NCBI GenBank assembly: GCA_963783385.1
Contig: CAWANJ010000002.1
Coordinates: forward strand, 224,001-288,000
Source: an uncultured Gemmatimonadales bacterium
Lineage (GTDB): Bacteria > Gemmatimonadota > Gemmatimonadetes > Palauibacterales > Palauibacteraceae
DNA length: 64,000 nucleotides
Reading direction: 5' to 3'
Every line of letters starts with the position of its first letter. Position 1 is the stretch's first letter. The notes beneath the pieces were generated by a model. The model had not been told where the DNA came from. It saw only the letters and a list, made by a program, of their open reading frames with translations, and searched no databases. This document shows positions 29,747 to 39,947 of the stretch, piece after piece. The translations under genes were made by a program, and so were the position numbers.

Positions 29747-29752
29747 GCCCCG

Positions 29753-30727
29753 ATGACGGGGCGCGGCGTGCGGGACGCCGGACCGGCGCCGGCCGGCTTC
29801 GAGCACGAGCCGGTGATGATGGACGAGGTCCTGGCGTCGCTGGAGCCCGAGCGGGGCGGCACGTACCTGGACGGCACCGTGGGGGGCGGCGGCCACGCGG
29901 CGGCTCTCCTGGAGAGGGCTCCTTCGGTGATGCTGTGGGGGGTCGACCGCGATCCCGAGGCGGTCGCGGCGGCGCGGGAACGGCTGGCCCGCTTCGCTGA
30001 GCGGGCCCGCGTGATACGGGCCGATTTCCGCGACCTGCCCGAGGCGCTCGGGGACGAGGCGGACGAGGTACACGATCTGGCGGGGGTGCTGCTCGACCTG
30101 GGCGTCTCCTCCCATCAGATCGACACGACGGCGCGCGGGTTCTCCTTCCGTCCGGCCACACCGTTAGACATGCGGATGGGCGGGACAACGGGCGGAAGGA
30201 GGCCCGCAGCCGACCTTCTCAACGAAGCGACCGAACAGGAGCTGGGCGAGATCTTCCGGACCTACGGCGAAGTGCGACGCTGGAGGCGGCTGGCGCGAGA
30301 CGTGGCGCGCCGGAGGAAGGAGCGTCCGTTCCGCACCAGCGACGACCTGGTCGACGCGAGCCGCAGCGCCCTGGGAACGGGCATCGGTCCCGGCACGCTA
30401 GCCCAGGTCTTCCAGGCCGTCCGCATCGCGGTCAACGAGGAGCTCGAGGCGCTGGAGAGAGCCCTGCCGCGTCTCAGGGACATGCTGGCCTCGGGCGGCC
30501 GTTACGTCGTCATCGCGTACCACTCACTGGAGGATCGACTCGTGAAGCATGCCTTCAAGGAGTGGAGCCGTGAGTGCATCTGCCCACCCGAGCTCCCGGT
30601 GTGCAGGTGTCGCGGAAAGGCCCTCGGGCACGAGATCACCCGACGGCCGTTACGGCCGTCGGAGGATGAGGTGCGACGGAACTCGCGGTCCCGCAGCGCG
30701 CGACTGCGCGCCTGGGAGAAGGCGTGA
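29753..30727 (+). CDS. rsmH: 16S rRNA m4C1402 methyltransferase
   Basis: DGTVGGGGH, DLGVSS, LDMRM, HSLEDR and RSRSARLR. Confidence 0.96.
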   Translation: MTGRGVRDAGPAPAGFEHEPVMMDEVLASLEPERGGTYLDGTVGGGGHAAALLERAPSVMLWGVDRDPEAVAAARERLARFAERARVIRADFRDLPEALGDEADEVHDLAGVLLDLGVSSHQIDTTARGFSFRPATPLDMRMGGTTGGRRPAADLLNEATEQELGEIFRTYGEVRRWRRLARDVARRRKERPFRTSDDLVDASRSALGTGIGPGTLAQVFQAVRIAVNEELEALERALPRLRDMLASGGRYVVIAYHSLEDRLVKHAFKEWSRECICPPELPVCRCRGKALGHEITRRPLRPSEDEVRRNSRSRSARLRAWEKA

Positions 30728-31080
30728 GTCGCCGCAGGCGTCCGGCGCCCCGGCGCCTGGGCTTTCGCGTGGGTCTGGCGGCCGGCCTGGTGGTGCTGGC
30801 CGGCGGCATGTTGCTGTCGGTCGAACGGGGCTCGAGGGCGCGGAAGGTGTCCGACCGACTCTCGGCCCTGGACCGCCAGACCGTCGAAGCCAGGGCCCGT
30901 CTCGGTGACGCCATGCGCCGCTTCGACTCCCTCTCCTCCCGGGAGAGGATCGTCGTGGCGGCTGCGCGACTGGGCCTGCATCCCGCCAGCGACGCGGACA
31001 TCACCTTCCTGCGCGCGGACTCGCTCGCGCCCGACGACGTGGTTCGGAGTTCCTCGACCGCCGGCCGGAGGCGACCGTGA
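30724..31080 (+). CDS. ftsL: cell division protein FtsL-like
   Basis: TM segment, coiled coil and ERI...ARLGL. Sits between rsmH and the PBP gene. Confidence 0.7.
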   Translation: MSRRRRPAPRRLGFRVGLAAGLVVLAGGMLLSVERGSRARKVSDRLSALDRQTVEARARLGDAMRRFDSLSSRERIVVAAARLGLHPASDADITFLRADSLAPDDVVRSSSTAGRRRP

Positions 31081-33119
31081 AGAAGCTGCCACTGGGCCCC
31101 GGCGCCCGGAACGCCCGACGCTCACCCCGCCCCGGCGCTCCCGAGCCCGCCGTTCATCGCCGCCGTACCCGCGCTCTCGCGGTCGTGTGGGTGCTGTTCG
31201 GGCTCGTGTACGTGGCTCGGGCGGCCGACCTGCAGGTGGTGCAGGGGGCGCGCTGGGAGAAGCTGGCGGAGGCCCAGAACGCCGAGAAGGTACAGATCCC
31301 CGCGCAGCGGGGCTCCCTGCTCGACCGCGACGGACGGCCCCTGTCCATCGGGTCGCAGGACTTCCGGGCCTACCTGGCGCCCGCTGAGGCCGGCGACCCG
31401 CGTCACGCCGCCGCGGCGATCGCGCGGGTGCTCGGACTGTCGCGCGCCGACGAGCATCACCTGGCTTCCGCCGACGGTGGCTGGGTCGCGATCCCGAGGA
31501 AGGTGACGACGGCCGAGCGCCAGCGGCTGCAGGCGGCGGTCCACCAGGGGCTCCACTTCGAGCCGCTGGAGACCCGCGTCTATCCCGAGGGCTCCCTGGC
31601 CCGCACCCTCCTCGGCTCCGTGAACGCCGGGGGGCGGGGCCGCTCGGGCCTCGAGCTGGTCCTCGACTCGCTCCTGCAGGGCGCGCCGGGCGCCGCGCTG
31701 ACCCGGCGGGACGCACGGGGACAGACCTACCGCATTCCCGACGGCGAAGTCAGGCAGCCGCAGCCGGGCGATGATGTCGAGCTCACGATCGACGCGGAGC
31801 TGCAGCGCATCGCCGAGGATGCCCTCGACCGGGCCCTCAAGGAGACCGGCGCCTCCGGAGGCGACGTCATCATGGAGGACCCCGCCACCGGGGAGCTCCT
31901 GGCCGTCGCCAGCCGGCGTATGGGCGACCCCCTGAGCGTTCCGGCCTTCACGGATCCGTACGAGCCGGGCTCGACCCTCAAGCCGTTCCTCCTGGCCAGT
32001 CTGCTCTCCGAGGGCCGCGTGCGGCTCGGCGAGAAGATCGACACCGAGGACGGCGTGTGGCACGCGGACGGCCGGACGATCCGGGACGTACACGGAGAGG
32101 ACAGCCTGAGCGTGGCCGATGTCATCCGCTTCTCCAGCAACATTGGGGCGGCCAAGCTCTCCGCGCGGCTGTCGCCCGGCATGCAGTACCACTTCCTCCG
32201 GGACTTCGGCTTCGGCGTGCCGACGGGCGTGGAGTACCCGGCGGAATCCTCGGGCCTCCTGCGGAAGCCTGACGACTGGTCCGGCTTCAGCCAGGCGTCC
32301 CTGGCCATGGGCTACGAGGTCTCGGTCACTTCCCTCCAGCTCGTCATGGCCTACGGGGCCCTGGCCAACGGCGGCGTCCTCATGCGCCCCTACCTGGTGC
32401 GGGAGGTCCGGTCGCCGGAGGGTGGGGTGCTGTACCGGAGGCGGCCCCAGCCCATCCGCCGCGTCATCGATCCGAAGGTGGCCCGTGAGGTGACCCGCGT
32501 GCTGGCGACGGTGGTCGAGAGCGGAACCGGGAGCCGGGCTCGAATGGCCACCCTACCCGTGGCCGGAAAGACCGGAACCGCTCGCGTGGCTCTCGGCGAG
32601 GGCTACGAGCGCGGCCGCTACTCCGCCTCGTTCGTGGGGTACACTCCCGTCGACGACCCCAAACTGGTCGTGCTCACCAAGCTCGACGACCCGCAGGGCT
32701 CCTATTTCGGCGGCTCCACGGCCGCGCCGGTGAGTCGCGCGATGCTGCAGGCCGCGCTGGCGACGCGCGGCGTCACCCTGCCGGCTGGCCGCCTGGCGCA
32801 CGTAGCGCCCACCTCGGGACGCCCCATGTGGGGAGGCGACCCGGCCTCCGCGCGGGTGCGGGCGACCGACGAGGCTTCGGGCGGCGGCCCGTTCGTGTTC
32901 GCGGTGAACGCCTCGCCCGATCCCTGGCCGGCCGAACGGGAGGGCGAAGACGGCCGGCGGGTCCTCCCGGACCTGCGCGGTTTGCCGGTGCGGTCGGCGG
33001 TGGCCCGCCTGCACGAGCTCGGTCTCCGGGTGGCCCTGCAGGCCACGGGAACGGTCGAAACGCAGTCGCCCGGTCCGGGCGCCAGGGTGTCGGCCGGTGC
33101 GACTATCCGCCTGCACTGA
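31077..33119 (+). CDS. ftsI: class B penicillin-binding protein with PASTA domain
   Basis: EPGSTLK (SxxK), SSN and KTGT motifs. Confidence 0.9.
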   Translation: MKKLPLGPGARNARRSPRPGAPEPAVHRRRTRALAVVWVLFGLVYVARAADLQVVQGARWEKLAEAQNAEKVQIPAQRGSLLDRDGRPLSIGSQDFRAYLAPAEAGDPRHAAAAIARVLGLSRADEHHLASADGGWVAIPRKVTTAERQRLQAAVHQGLHFEPLETRVYPEGSLARTLLGSVNAGGRGRSGLELVLDSLLQGAPGAALTRRDARGQTYRIPDGEVRQPQPGDDVELTIDAELQRIAEDALDRALKETGASGGDVIMEDPATGELLAVASRRMGDPLSVPAFTDPYEPGSTLKPFLLASLLSEGRVRLGEKIDTEDGVWHADGRTIRDVHGEDSLSVADVIRFSSNIGAAKLSARLSPGMQYHFLRDFGFGVPTGVEYPAESSGLLRKPDDWSGFSQASLAMGYEVSVTSLQLVMAYGALANGGVLMRPYLVREVRSPEGGVLYRRRPQPIRRVIDPKVAREVTRVLATVVESGTGSRARMATLPVAGKTGTARVALGEGYERGRYSASFVGYTPVDDPKLVVLTKLDDPQGSYFGGSTAAPVSRAMLQAALATRGVTLPAGRLAHVAPTSGRPMWGGDPASARVRATDEASGGGPFVFAVNASPDPWPAEREGEDGRRVLPDLRGLPVRSAVARLHELGLRVALQATGTVETQSPGPGARVSAGATIRLH

Positions 33120-33231
33120 CCCGGCGCGCGCCGGCGTGACGCGACCCGGGGACTCGGGGAGCTCCCGGACGGAGACGCCGGTGAGCTGGCTGGAGGGACG
33201 TGGGGTCGCCGCCGGCCCGATCGCCGGGGCG

Positions 33232-34761
33232 ATGAGAATCGAGGAGGAGGACGTCGGGGAGCCCGTGATCGACACGGAAGCGATCGAGCGGCGCCTGGCA
33301 CGGTGCGGCCTCACGGGCCGCTGGGAGGGCGCGGCGCCCCCGGCGACCTTCTCCGGCATCGCCGACGACTCGCGCCGTGTCGAGTCCGGAGACCTGTTCT
33401 GCGCCATCCCGGGAACGCGCTTCGATGGCCGGGACTTCCTGGACGCGGCGTACGCGGCGGGGGCCGCCGCCGCCCTGCTCGAGCGTCCCGATCCCGCCTG
33501 TCGTCTGCCCCAGCTGGTGGTTCCCGACGCGCGTGCCGCCGCGTCGCACCTCGCCTCGCTCTTCCACGGCGATCCGGGCGTCACGCTCGACGCCGTGGGG
33601 GTCACCGGCACCAACGGGAAGACCACGACGGTGTGGCTGCTCCGGCAGCTGCTCGCAGCGCGAGGTCCCGCGGCCTCGATCGGGACCCTGGGCGTCATCG
33701 GCACGCGGGGCGAGCGGGAGCCGGGCACGCTGACCACGCCGGGCCCGGTGGAGCTCATGGAGCGGCTCGCCGCCCTTCGCGACGCCGGCGCGCGGTTCGT
33801 GGCGCTGGAGGTCTCCTCGCACGCCCTCGACCAGCACCGGACGGACGGGCTGCCGCTGGCCGCGGCCGTGTTCACCAACCTCACGCGCGAGCACCTGGAC
33901 TACCACGCCGACATGGAGAGCTACCGGCGCGCCAAGCTGCGGCTGGCCGGCCGGGTCCGGCCCGACGGCACGTGCGTGGTGAACGCGGACGAGCCGGCAT
34001 GGTCCGGCCTGCAGGCGGGCCAGGTCCGCCGCCTGTCGTTCGGTCTCGGCCCGGAGGCGGACGTGCGGGCGGTGGACGTGGTGGTCGAGTCCGGCGAGAG
34101 CCGCTGGAGCCTCGCCTTCGAGGGACAGACGGCCTCCGTACGGCTGCCGCTCCCCGGGGCGTTCAACGTGCACAACGCGCTCGGAGCGGCCGCGGCCGCG
34201 ATCGCCCTGGGGGTGACGGTGGACGAGGCCGCCACCGCCCTCACCGGCGCGGCCCAGGTGCCCGGGCGCATGGAGGTCCTCCTGCGCTCGCCCGCCCTCG
34301 TGCTGCGCGACTACGCCCATACGCCCGACGCGTTCGAGCGCGCGCTGGCGGCGGTCCGTCCGGAGGCGGGACGGCTCCTCCTCCTGTTCGGGTGCGGCGG
34401 CGACCGGGACCGGGGCAAGCGGCCGCTCATGGGGCGGGTCGCGGCGCGGCGCGCTGATCTCACCTTCCTGACGACGGACAACCCGCGGTCGGAGGATCCG
34501 GCGGAGATCGTCCGCCAGATCGAGGAAGGGATGGGCGGGGCGCCCCACCGGGTGGTCCTGGACCGCAGAGAGGCCATCGCGGACGCCCTCGAACAGGCCC
34601 GCCCCGGTGACGTGGTCCTCCTGGCCGGCAAGGGTCACGAGGATTATCAGATCTACGGCGACCGAAAGGAGCCCTTCGACGAGGCGCACATCGTGGCCGA
34701 GCTGGCGGCGGCCCGCGGCGCGGCGGCGGGGGATCCCGCCGGCCCGGGGAGCCGCGGGTGA
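33232..34761 (+). CDS. murE: UDP-MurNAc-tripeptide synthetase (mDAP-type; start 33232 or 33265)
   Basis: GTNGKTT, EVSSH, DYAHTPD, DNPR and AGKGHE. Confidence 0.95.
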   Translation: MRIEEEDVGEPVIDTEAIERRLARCGLTGRWEGAAPPATFSGIADDSRRVESGDLFCAIPGTRFDGRDFLDAAYAAGAAAALLERPDPACRLPQLVVPDARAAASHLASLFHGDPGVTLDAVGVTGTNGKTTTVWLLRQLLAARGPAASIGTLGVIGTRGEREPGTLTTPGPVELMERLAALRDAGARFVALEVSSHALDQHRTDGLPLAAAVFTNLTREHLDYHADMESYRRAKLRLAGRVRPDGTCVVNADEPAWSGLQAGQVRRLSFGLGPEADVRAVDVVVESGESRWSLAFEGQTASVRLPLPGAFNVHNALGAAAAAIALGVTVDEAATALTGAAQVPGRMEVLLRSPALVLRDYAHTPDAFERALAAVRPEAGRLLLLFGCGGDRDRGKRPLMGRVAARRADLTFLTTDNPRSEDPAEIVRQIEEGMGGAPHRVVLDRREAIADALEQARPGDVVLLAGKGHEDYQIYGDRKEPFDEAHIVAELAAARGAAAGDPAGPGSRG

Positions 34762-36260
34762 GCGGGGCCCGGCTGGACTCGGCGTTCGTGCGCCAGGCGC
34801 TCGGCCTGGCCCGGTCGGGGGAGAGTGGCCGCAGGTACGCCTCCGTGTGCGCCGACAGCCGCCAGGCCGGGCCCGGGTCGCTGTTCGCGGCCCTGCCCGG
34901 CGAGCGCACCCACGGCGTCGAGCACCTCGCCGCCGCCGCCGCCCGCGGCGCGGTGGGCGCCATCGTCCCGGCCGGACACGAGCTACCGGCGCTGGACCTC
35001 GAGTGGTTCGCGGTCGAGGATCCGGTGCGCGCGCTCGGAGACCTGGGCGCGGCGTGGCGCGGCCGGGCCCGGGCACGCGTGATCGGCATCACCGGCAGCT
35101 CCGGCAAGACCACCGTCAAGGAGATGCTGGCGGCAGCCCTGTCCGTCGGCCGGAGCGTGCACGCCACCCGCGGCAACCTCAACAGCCTCGTGGGCCTGCC
35201 GCTCACCATCCTGGCGGCCCCGCCGGAGGCCGACGTCTGGGTGCTCGAGCTGGGCGCCAACGCCCCCGGAGAGATCGCCCGCCTCGCCGAGATCGCGGCC
35301 CCGCACGACGCGGTGGTGACGACGGTGAGCCGGGCGCATCTGGAGCGCTTCGGAAGCGTGGAGAACGTCCTGCGCGAGAAGCTGGACCTGGTTCGCGGCG
35401 CGGACCCCTCCGGCGTGGTGGTCGTCGGGGAGCGCCCGTCGGTCCTGGCCCGGGCGGCCCGCGAGATCCGTCCGGACACGGTCGTGGCGGGGCTCGAGGA
35501 GGAGGCCGACTATCGGCCCGAGCGCGCCTCCTGGGACGCGGACCGGGCCGAGTTCGAGCGGGGCGGAGTCGAGTACGCGGTGGCGGCCGGCGGCGAGCAC
35601 CATCTGCGCGATGCCCTCATCGCCGCCGCGGTGGCAGAGGGCATCGGCCTCCCGCCCCGGGAGGTCGCCCGGGGGCTGGCCACCTTCCGGCCGCTCGGGT
35701 GGCGCGGCGCGCTCCGGCGCATGAACGGGCTCACTGTGGTGGCGGACTGCTACAACGCCAACCCGGAGTCGTTCGAGGCCGCGATCGACTACTGCGTGAG
35801 CGCCTTCCCGGACCGTCGGCTGGCGGCCGCGGTCGGGACGATGCTGGAGCTCGGGTCCGCCTCCGACGAGGCCCATCGCGAGGTGGCGGGCCGCCTGCTC
35901 GAGAGCGGGTTCGGCCCGATCGTGGCGACGGGGGAGTTCGTGGGGGCGTTCGAGCGCCTGGCCTCCGCGGGTCTCACCGGGCCGGATCTCGCCGGCGGAG
36001 CCACCGAGCCCGCGGGCCCGGTCGTCGCCGCCGCCGACGCGGACGAGGCGGGCCGCATTTTGAGCGACCTGCTGCGTGGGGACGAGGTCGTGCTGGTCAA
36101 GGGCTCGCGTGGGGTCCACATGGAGCAGGTCGTGGATCGACTGGCGGCCGTGTTCGACGGCGAACCGCTGGCCGCGGTCGCCGGAGGCCGCCCGGCCGGA
36201 GCCGGGCCCGAGGACCGCGCCGAGGGTCCCCTGCGGGCGTTCGGCGGGGAACGGCGCTGA
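34758..36260 (+). CDS. murF: UDP-MurNAc-pentapeptide synthetase
   Basis: ITGSSGKTT.KE, DCYNANP, MLELG and KGSRG. Confidence 0.94.
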   Translation: MSGARLDSAFVRQALGLARSGESGRRYASVCADSRQAGPGSLFAALPGERTHGVEHLAAAAARGAVGAIVPAGHELPALDLEWFAVEDPVRALGDLGAAWRGRARARVIGITGSSGKTTVKEMLAAALSVGRSVHATRGNLNSLVGLPLTILAAPPEADVWVLELGANAPGEIARLAEIAAPHDAVVTTVSRAHLERFGSVENVLREKLDLVRGADPSGVVVVGERPSVLARAAREIRPDTVVAGLEEEADYRPERASWDADRAEFERGGVEYAVAAGGEHHLRDALIAAAVAEGIGLPPREVARGLATFRPLGWRGALRRMNGLTVVADCYNANPESFEAAIDYCVSAFPDRRLAAAVGTMLELGSASDEAHREVAGRLLESGFGPIVATGEFVGAFERLASAGLTGPDLAGGATEPAGPVVAAADADEAGRILSDLLRGDEVVLVKGSRGVHMEQVVDRLAAVFDGEPLAAVAGGRPAGAGPEDRAEGPLRAFGGERR

Positions 36261-37366
36261 TGCTCTATCACCTCCTCTTCCCGCTCTCGGACCGGAACAT
36301 CCTGTTCAACCTGTTCCAGTACATCTCCTTCCGAGCCGCCGGCGCCATGGTGACGGCCCTTCTGACGACGTTCCTGGTCGGCCCGCCCGTGATCGCGTGG
36401 CTCCGGCGTCGGGGGTGGGGCCAGGTCGTGCGCCTGGAAGGACCCAAGACCCACCTCGAGAAGGCGGGTACGCCCACGATGGGTGGACTGGTGATCCTGG
36501 CCGCGACCCTGGTGCCCACCTTCCTGTGGGCGCGGCTCGACGAGAGCTACGTGCAGATCGCCTTCGTGGTCACGGCGTGGATGGGGGCGATCGGGTTCCT
36601 GGACGACTACCTCAAGGTGGTCCGGCACGAGCCCAGGGGGCTCATCGCCCGCCAGAAGCTCGCGTGGCAGATGCTCCTCGGGCTGGCGCTGGGCGCCTTC
36701 CTGCTGCTGCATCCGCTGTCGGCCAACACGCCGACCAGCACGTCGCTGCCGTTCTTCAAGAACCTGCACATCGCCTTCTGGGCGCCGGCCTTCCCCCTGT
36801 TCGTGGCCCTGGTCGTAACCGGGAGCTCCAACGCGGTGAACCTCACGGACGGCCTGGACGGACTGGCGGCGGGCCTGGCCGCGATCGCGGCCCTGGCGTT
36901 CGGGGCCTTCGCCTATGTCATGGGCCGCGTCGACACCTCGACGTATCTCCAGATCCTCTACCTGCCGGGGGCCGGCGAGCTCACCGTGTTCTGCGCCGCG
37001 CTCACCGGGGCGGCCATCGGGTTCCTGTGGTTCAACGCGCCTCCGGCTGAGGTGTTCATGGGCGACACCGGGTCGCTCGCCCTCGGGGGCGCCATCGGCG
37101 CCGTGGCGGTGCTGCTCAAGTCCGAGTTCCTCCTCCTGCTCGTGGGCGGCGTGTTCGTGGCCGAGGCCGTCTCCGTCATGGTGCAGACGGGCTGGTTCAA
37201 GCTCACGCGGTGGCGCACGGGCACCGGCCGCCGGCTGTTCCGCATGGCCCCGCTCCACCACCACTTCGAGAAGCTCGGATGGCCGGAGACGCGGGTCGTG
37301 GTGCGCTTCTACATCCTGGCGATCCTGTGCGCGCTGGTCGGACTGGCCACCCTGAAGGTGCGCTGA
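36260..37366 (+). CDS. mraY: phospho-N-acetylmuramoyl-pentapeptide transferase
   Basis: GTPTMGG, DDYLK, NLTDGLDGL, FMGDTGSL and APLHHHFE. Confidence 0.97.
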   Translation: MLYHLLFPLSDRNILFNLFQYISFRAAGAMVTALLTTFLVGPPVIAWLRRRGWGQVVRLEGPKTHLEKAGTPTMGGLVILAATLVPTFLWARLDESYVQIAFVVTAWMGAIGFLDDYLKVVRHEPRGLIARQKLAWQMLLGLALGAFLLLHPLSANTPTSTSLPFFKNLHIAFWAPAFPLFVALVVTGSSNAVNLTDGLDGLAAGLAAIAALAFGAFAYVMGRVDTSTYLQILYLPGAGELTVFCAALTGAAIGFLWFNAPPAEVFMGDTGSLALGGAIGAVAVLLKSEFLLLLVGGVFVAEAVSVMVQTGWFKLTRWRTGTGRRLFRMAPLHHHFEKLGWPETRVVVRFYILAILCALVGLATLKVR

Positions 37367-38805
37367 TGGGATCCGGGCGGGAGGGCGCGGGCGGAGGGTT
37401 GGAGCGAGGCGGTTCGCCGTTCGAGCCGGAGGCGCGGGTCGCGGTGCTCGGCCTGGGACGCTCGGGCGTGGCGGCGGCGCGCCTGGTGCACGCCCGCGGC
37501 GGGCGGGTCTACGCCTCCGATCGGGTGGACGGCCCCACGCAGCGGGAGGCGGCCGAGGCGCTGCGGGCCGAGGGCATCGACGCCGAAGCCGGGCGCCACG
37601 AGCTCGACCGGGTGCTGGCCGCCGACCTGGTGGTCACGAGCCCCGGCATCGCGCCGGCCACCGAGATCCGCCGGGCAGTCCGGGACGCCGGAGTGCGAAC
37701 CCTGGCGGAGATCGAGGTGGCGTGGCGCTTCCTCGGCTCGCGCGTCGTCGCGATCACGGGCACGAACGGGAAGACGACCACGACGGCGCTGTGTGGCCAC
37801 GTGCTGCGCAGGGGTGGCCTGGACGCCGTCACGGCCGGCAACATCGGCCGGCCGCTGTCCGACGTCGCCCGCCAGGACGAGCAGCCCGAGTGGGTCGTCG
37901 TGGAGGTGAGCTCCTTCCAGCTGGCGGACATCGACCGCTTCAGCCCGGACATCGGAGTGCTTCTCAACCTGGCGCCGGACCACCTGGACCGGTACCGCAA
38001 CGTGGACGGCTACTACGCTGACAAGGCGAGGCTGTTCGACAACGCCTCGGCCGAGAGCCGCTGGGTGTTGAACGCCGATGAGGAGGAGGTCCTCGGGCTC
38101 GCGCGGGGGGCCGCGGGCGAGCACTTCCTCTTTTCGACCTCGCACGCGCAAGAGCTGGGCGCCTTCGTGGACGGGGCCGGGGGGCTGAGGCTGGAGATCC
38201 CAGACCGGTCCGAGCGCTGGTGCGGCGTGGGCGAGCTGCGGCTGGTCGGCGCGCACAACGTGTCGAACGCGCTCGCTGCCGGGCTGGCGGCCGCCCTGGC
38301 CGGGTGCGCCGGACAGGACATCGGCCTGGGACTCGCGTCGTTCGCGGCGCTGCCGCACCGTCTGCAGCCGGTCGCCGGGAACGGCGACGGAATCCTGTGG
38401 GTCAACGACTCGAAAGCGACCAACGTGTCCGCCACCTCGGTCGCCCTGCGCGCGTTCGATCGTCCCCTGGTGCTCATCATGGGGGGACGGGGCAAGGGGG
38501 AATCGTACGCGACCCTCATCCCGCTGCTCCGGGAACGCGTACGCGCCCTGGTCGCCTTCGGCGAGTCGGCTCCCCAGATCGTGGCGGAGCTCGGAGAGGC
38601 CGTGCCCGAGGTGCGCATCGAGGCCGGCATAGAGGCCGTGGTGCGGGCGGCCGACGAGCTGGCCTGTCCGGGTGATGTGGTGCTGTTCTCCCCGGCGTGC
38701 GCGAGCTTCGACATGTTCCGGAACTACGAGGCTCGCGGTGACGCGTTCGTGGAGGCCGTGCGGCGGTGCCGTGCGGGCGTCGCCTCGCCGGAGGCCGGAG
38801 CATGA
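37366..38805 (+). CDS. murD: UDP-MurNAc-L-Ala--D-Glu ligase
   Basis: GLGRSG, GTNGKTTT, EVSSFQL, NDSKATN and SPACASFD. Confidence 0.96.
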   Translation: MGSGREGAGGGLERGGSPFEPEARVAVLGLGRSGVAAARLVHARGGRVYASDRVDGPTQREAAEALRAEGIDAEAGRHELDRVLAADLVVTSPGIAPATEIRRAVRDAGVRTLAEIEVAWRFLGSRVVAITGTNGKTTTTALCGHVLRRGGLDAVTAGNIGRPLSDVARQDEQPEWVVVEVSSFQLADIDRFSPDIGVLLNLAPDHLDRYRNVDGYYADKARLFDNASAESRWVLNADEEEVLGLARGAAGEHFLFSTSHAQELGAFVDGAGGLRLEIPDRSERWCGVGELRLVGAHNVSNALAAGLAAALAGCAGQDIGLGLASFAALPHRLQPVAGNGDGILWVNDSKATNVSATSVALRAFDRPLVLIMGGRGKGESYATLIPLLRERVRALVAFGESAPQIVAELGEAVPEVRIEAGIEAVVRAADELACPGDVVLFSPACASFDMFRNYEARGDAFVEAVRRCRAGVASPEAGA

Positions 38806-39944
38806 GCGTGTTCGCGCGCGCCCTGGACGTGCAGCAGGAAACGCGGGCCGCCCCGTGGGCGGGCCGGGCCCTGTTCGCGCTCACGGTCCTCCTCCTCGGT
38901 CTCGGCCTCCTGTGGCTGTACAGCGCCAGCTCCTTCGTGGCCACCTCGGAAGGCCTGCCGAGCACCTACTACCTGGTGCAGCAAGCTACGCACGCGGGCG
39001 TGGGTCTCGTGGCCCTGGCGGCTGCCCGGTTCCTCGACTACCGGATCTGGCGTCGCCTCGCCTGGCCCCTGCTGATCGTCTCCATCGTCCTCCTGGTCGT
39101 CGTGATCCTGCCGGGCACGGAAGCCATCGCTCCGCGCGTGAACGGGGCCCGGCGCTGGCTCCGGTTGGGCATGACCGTGCAGCCGTCCGAGCTGGCCAAG
39201 TACGCGCTGGTCGTATGGGTCGCGGCCGTGGCCGTCAAGAAGCAGGACCGGCTCCACAGCCTGCGCTACGGGCTCGGCCCCTTCCTGGTGGTGGCCGGGG
39301 GCATCTGCGGACTTCTCCTGCTGGAGCCGCACTTCTCGGCCGCCCTCCTAGCGGCCGTTGTGACGACCGTGGTGCTGTTCGCCGCCGGAGCCCGGCTGGG
39401 ACACTTCGCTCTCATGGCGGGTTTCGGACTGCCGCTGGCCTGGGTCGTGGTGACCCACGCGGGGTACCGCTCCAGCCGCATCTCGGCCTTCCTCCATCCG
39501 ACCCCGGGTGCGCAGGGAGTCGGCTACCAGCTGCGGCAGTCGCTGATCGCGATCGGCTCGGGTGGTGTGTTCGGGGTAGGCTACGGCGCCAGCCGTCAGA
39601 AGCTGTACTACCTGCCCGAGCCCCAGAACGACTTCATCTTCCCGATCATCGCGGAGGAATGGGGACTGGTGGGCTCCGTCCTGGTCATCGGGCTGTTCCT
39701 GGCCTGGACGCTGGTCGCGCTGCGGATCGCCGCCTCGGCTCCCGACCTGTTCGGACGCCTGCTCGCCATCGGCATCACCGCCCTCATCGCGGTGACCGCC
39801 TTCGGGCACATCGGTGTGACCCTCGGCGTGCTGCCCACGACCGGGATCAACCTGCCGTTCGTGAGCGCCGGCGGCACGCACCTCGTCATGGCCCTGTTCG
39901 GAACGGGCGTCCTCCTGAACATCGCGGCGCAGCGGAGATGTTGA
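38802..39944 (+). CDS. ftsW: SEDS peptidoglycan polymerase FtsW
   Basis: GARRW, QPSELAK, YLPE..NDFIF and LPFVS.GG. Confidence 0.93.
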   Translation: MSVFARALDVQQETRAAPWAGRALFALTVLLLGLGLLWLYSASSFVATSEGLPSTYYLVQQATHAGVGLVALAAARFLDYRIWRRLAWPLLIVSIVLLVVVILPGTEAIAPRVNGARRWLRLGMTVQPSELAKYALVVWVAAVAVKKQDRLHSLRYGLGPFLVVAGGICGLLLLEPHFSAALLAAVVTTVVLFAAGARLGHFALMAGFGLPLAWVVVTHAGYRSSRISAFLHPTPGAQGVGYQLRQSLIAIGSGGVFGVGYGASRQKLYYLPEPQNDFIFPIIAEEWGLVGSVLVIGLFLAWTLVALRIAASAPDLFGRLLAIGITALIAVTAFGHIGVTLGVLPTTGINLPFVSAGGTHLVMALFGTGVLLNIAAQRRC

Positions 39945-39947
39945 CGG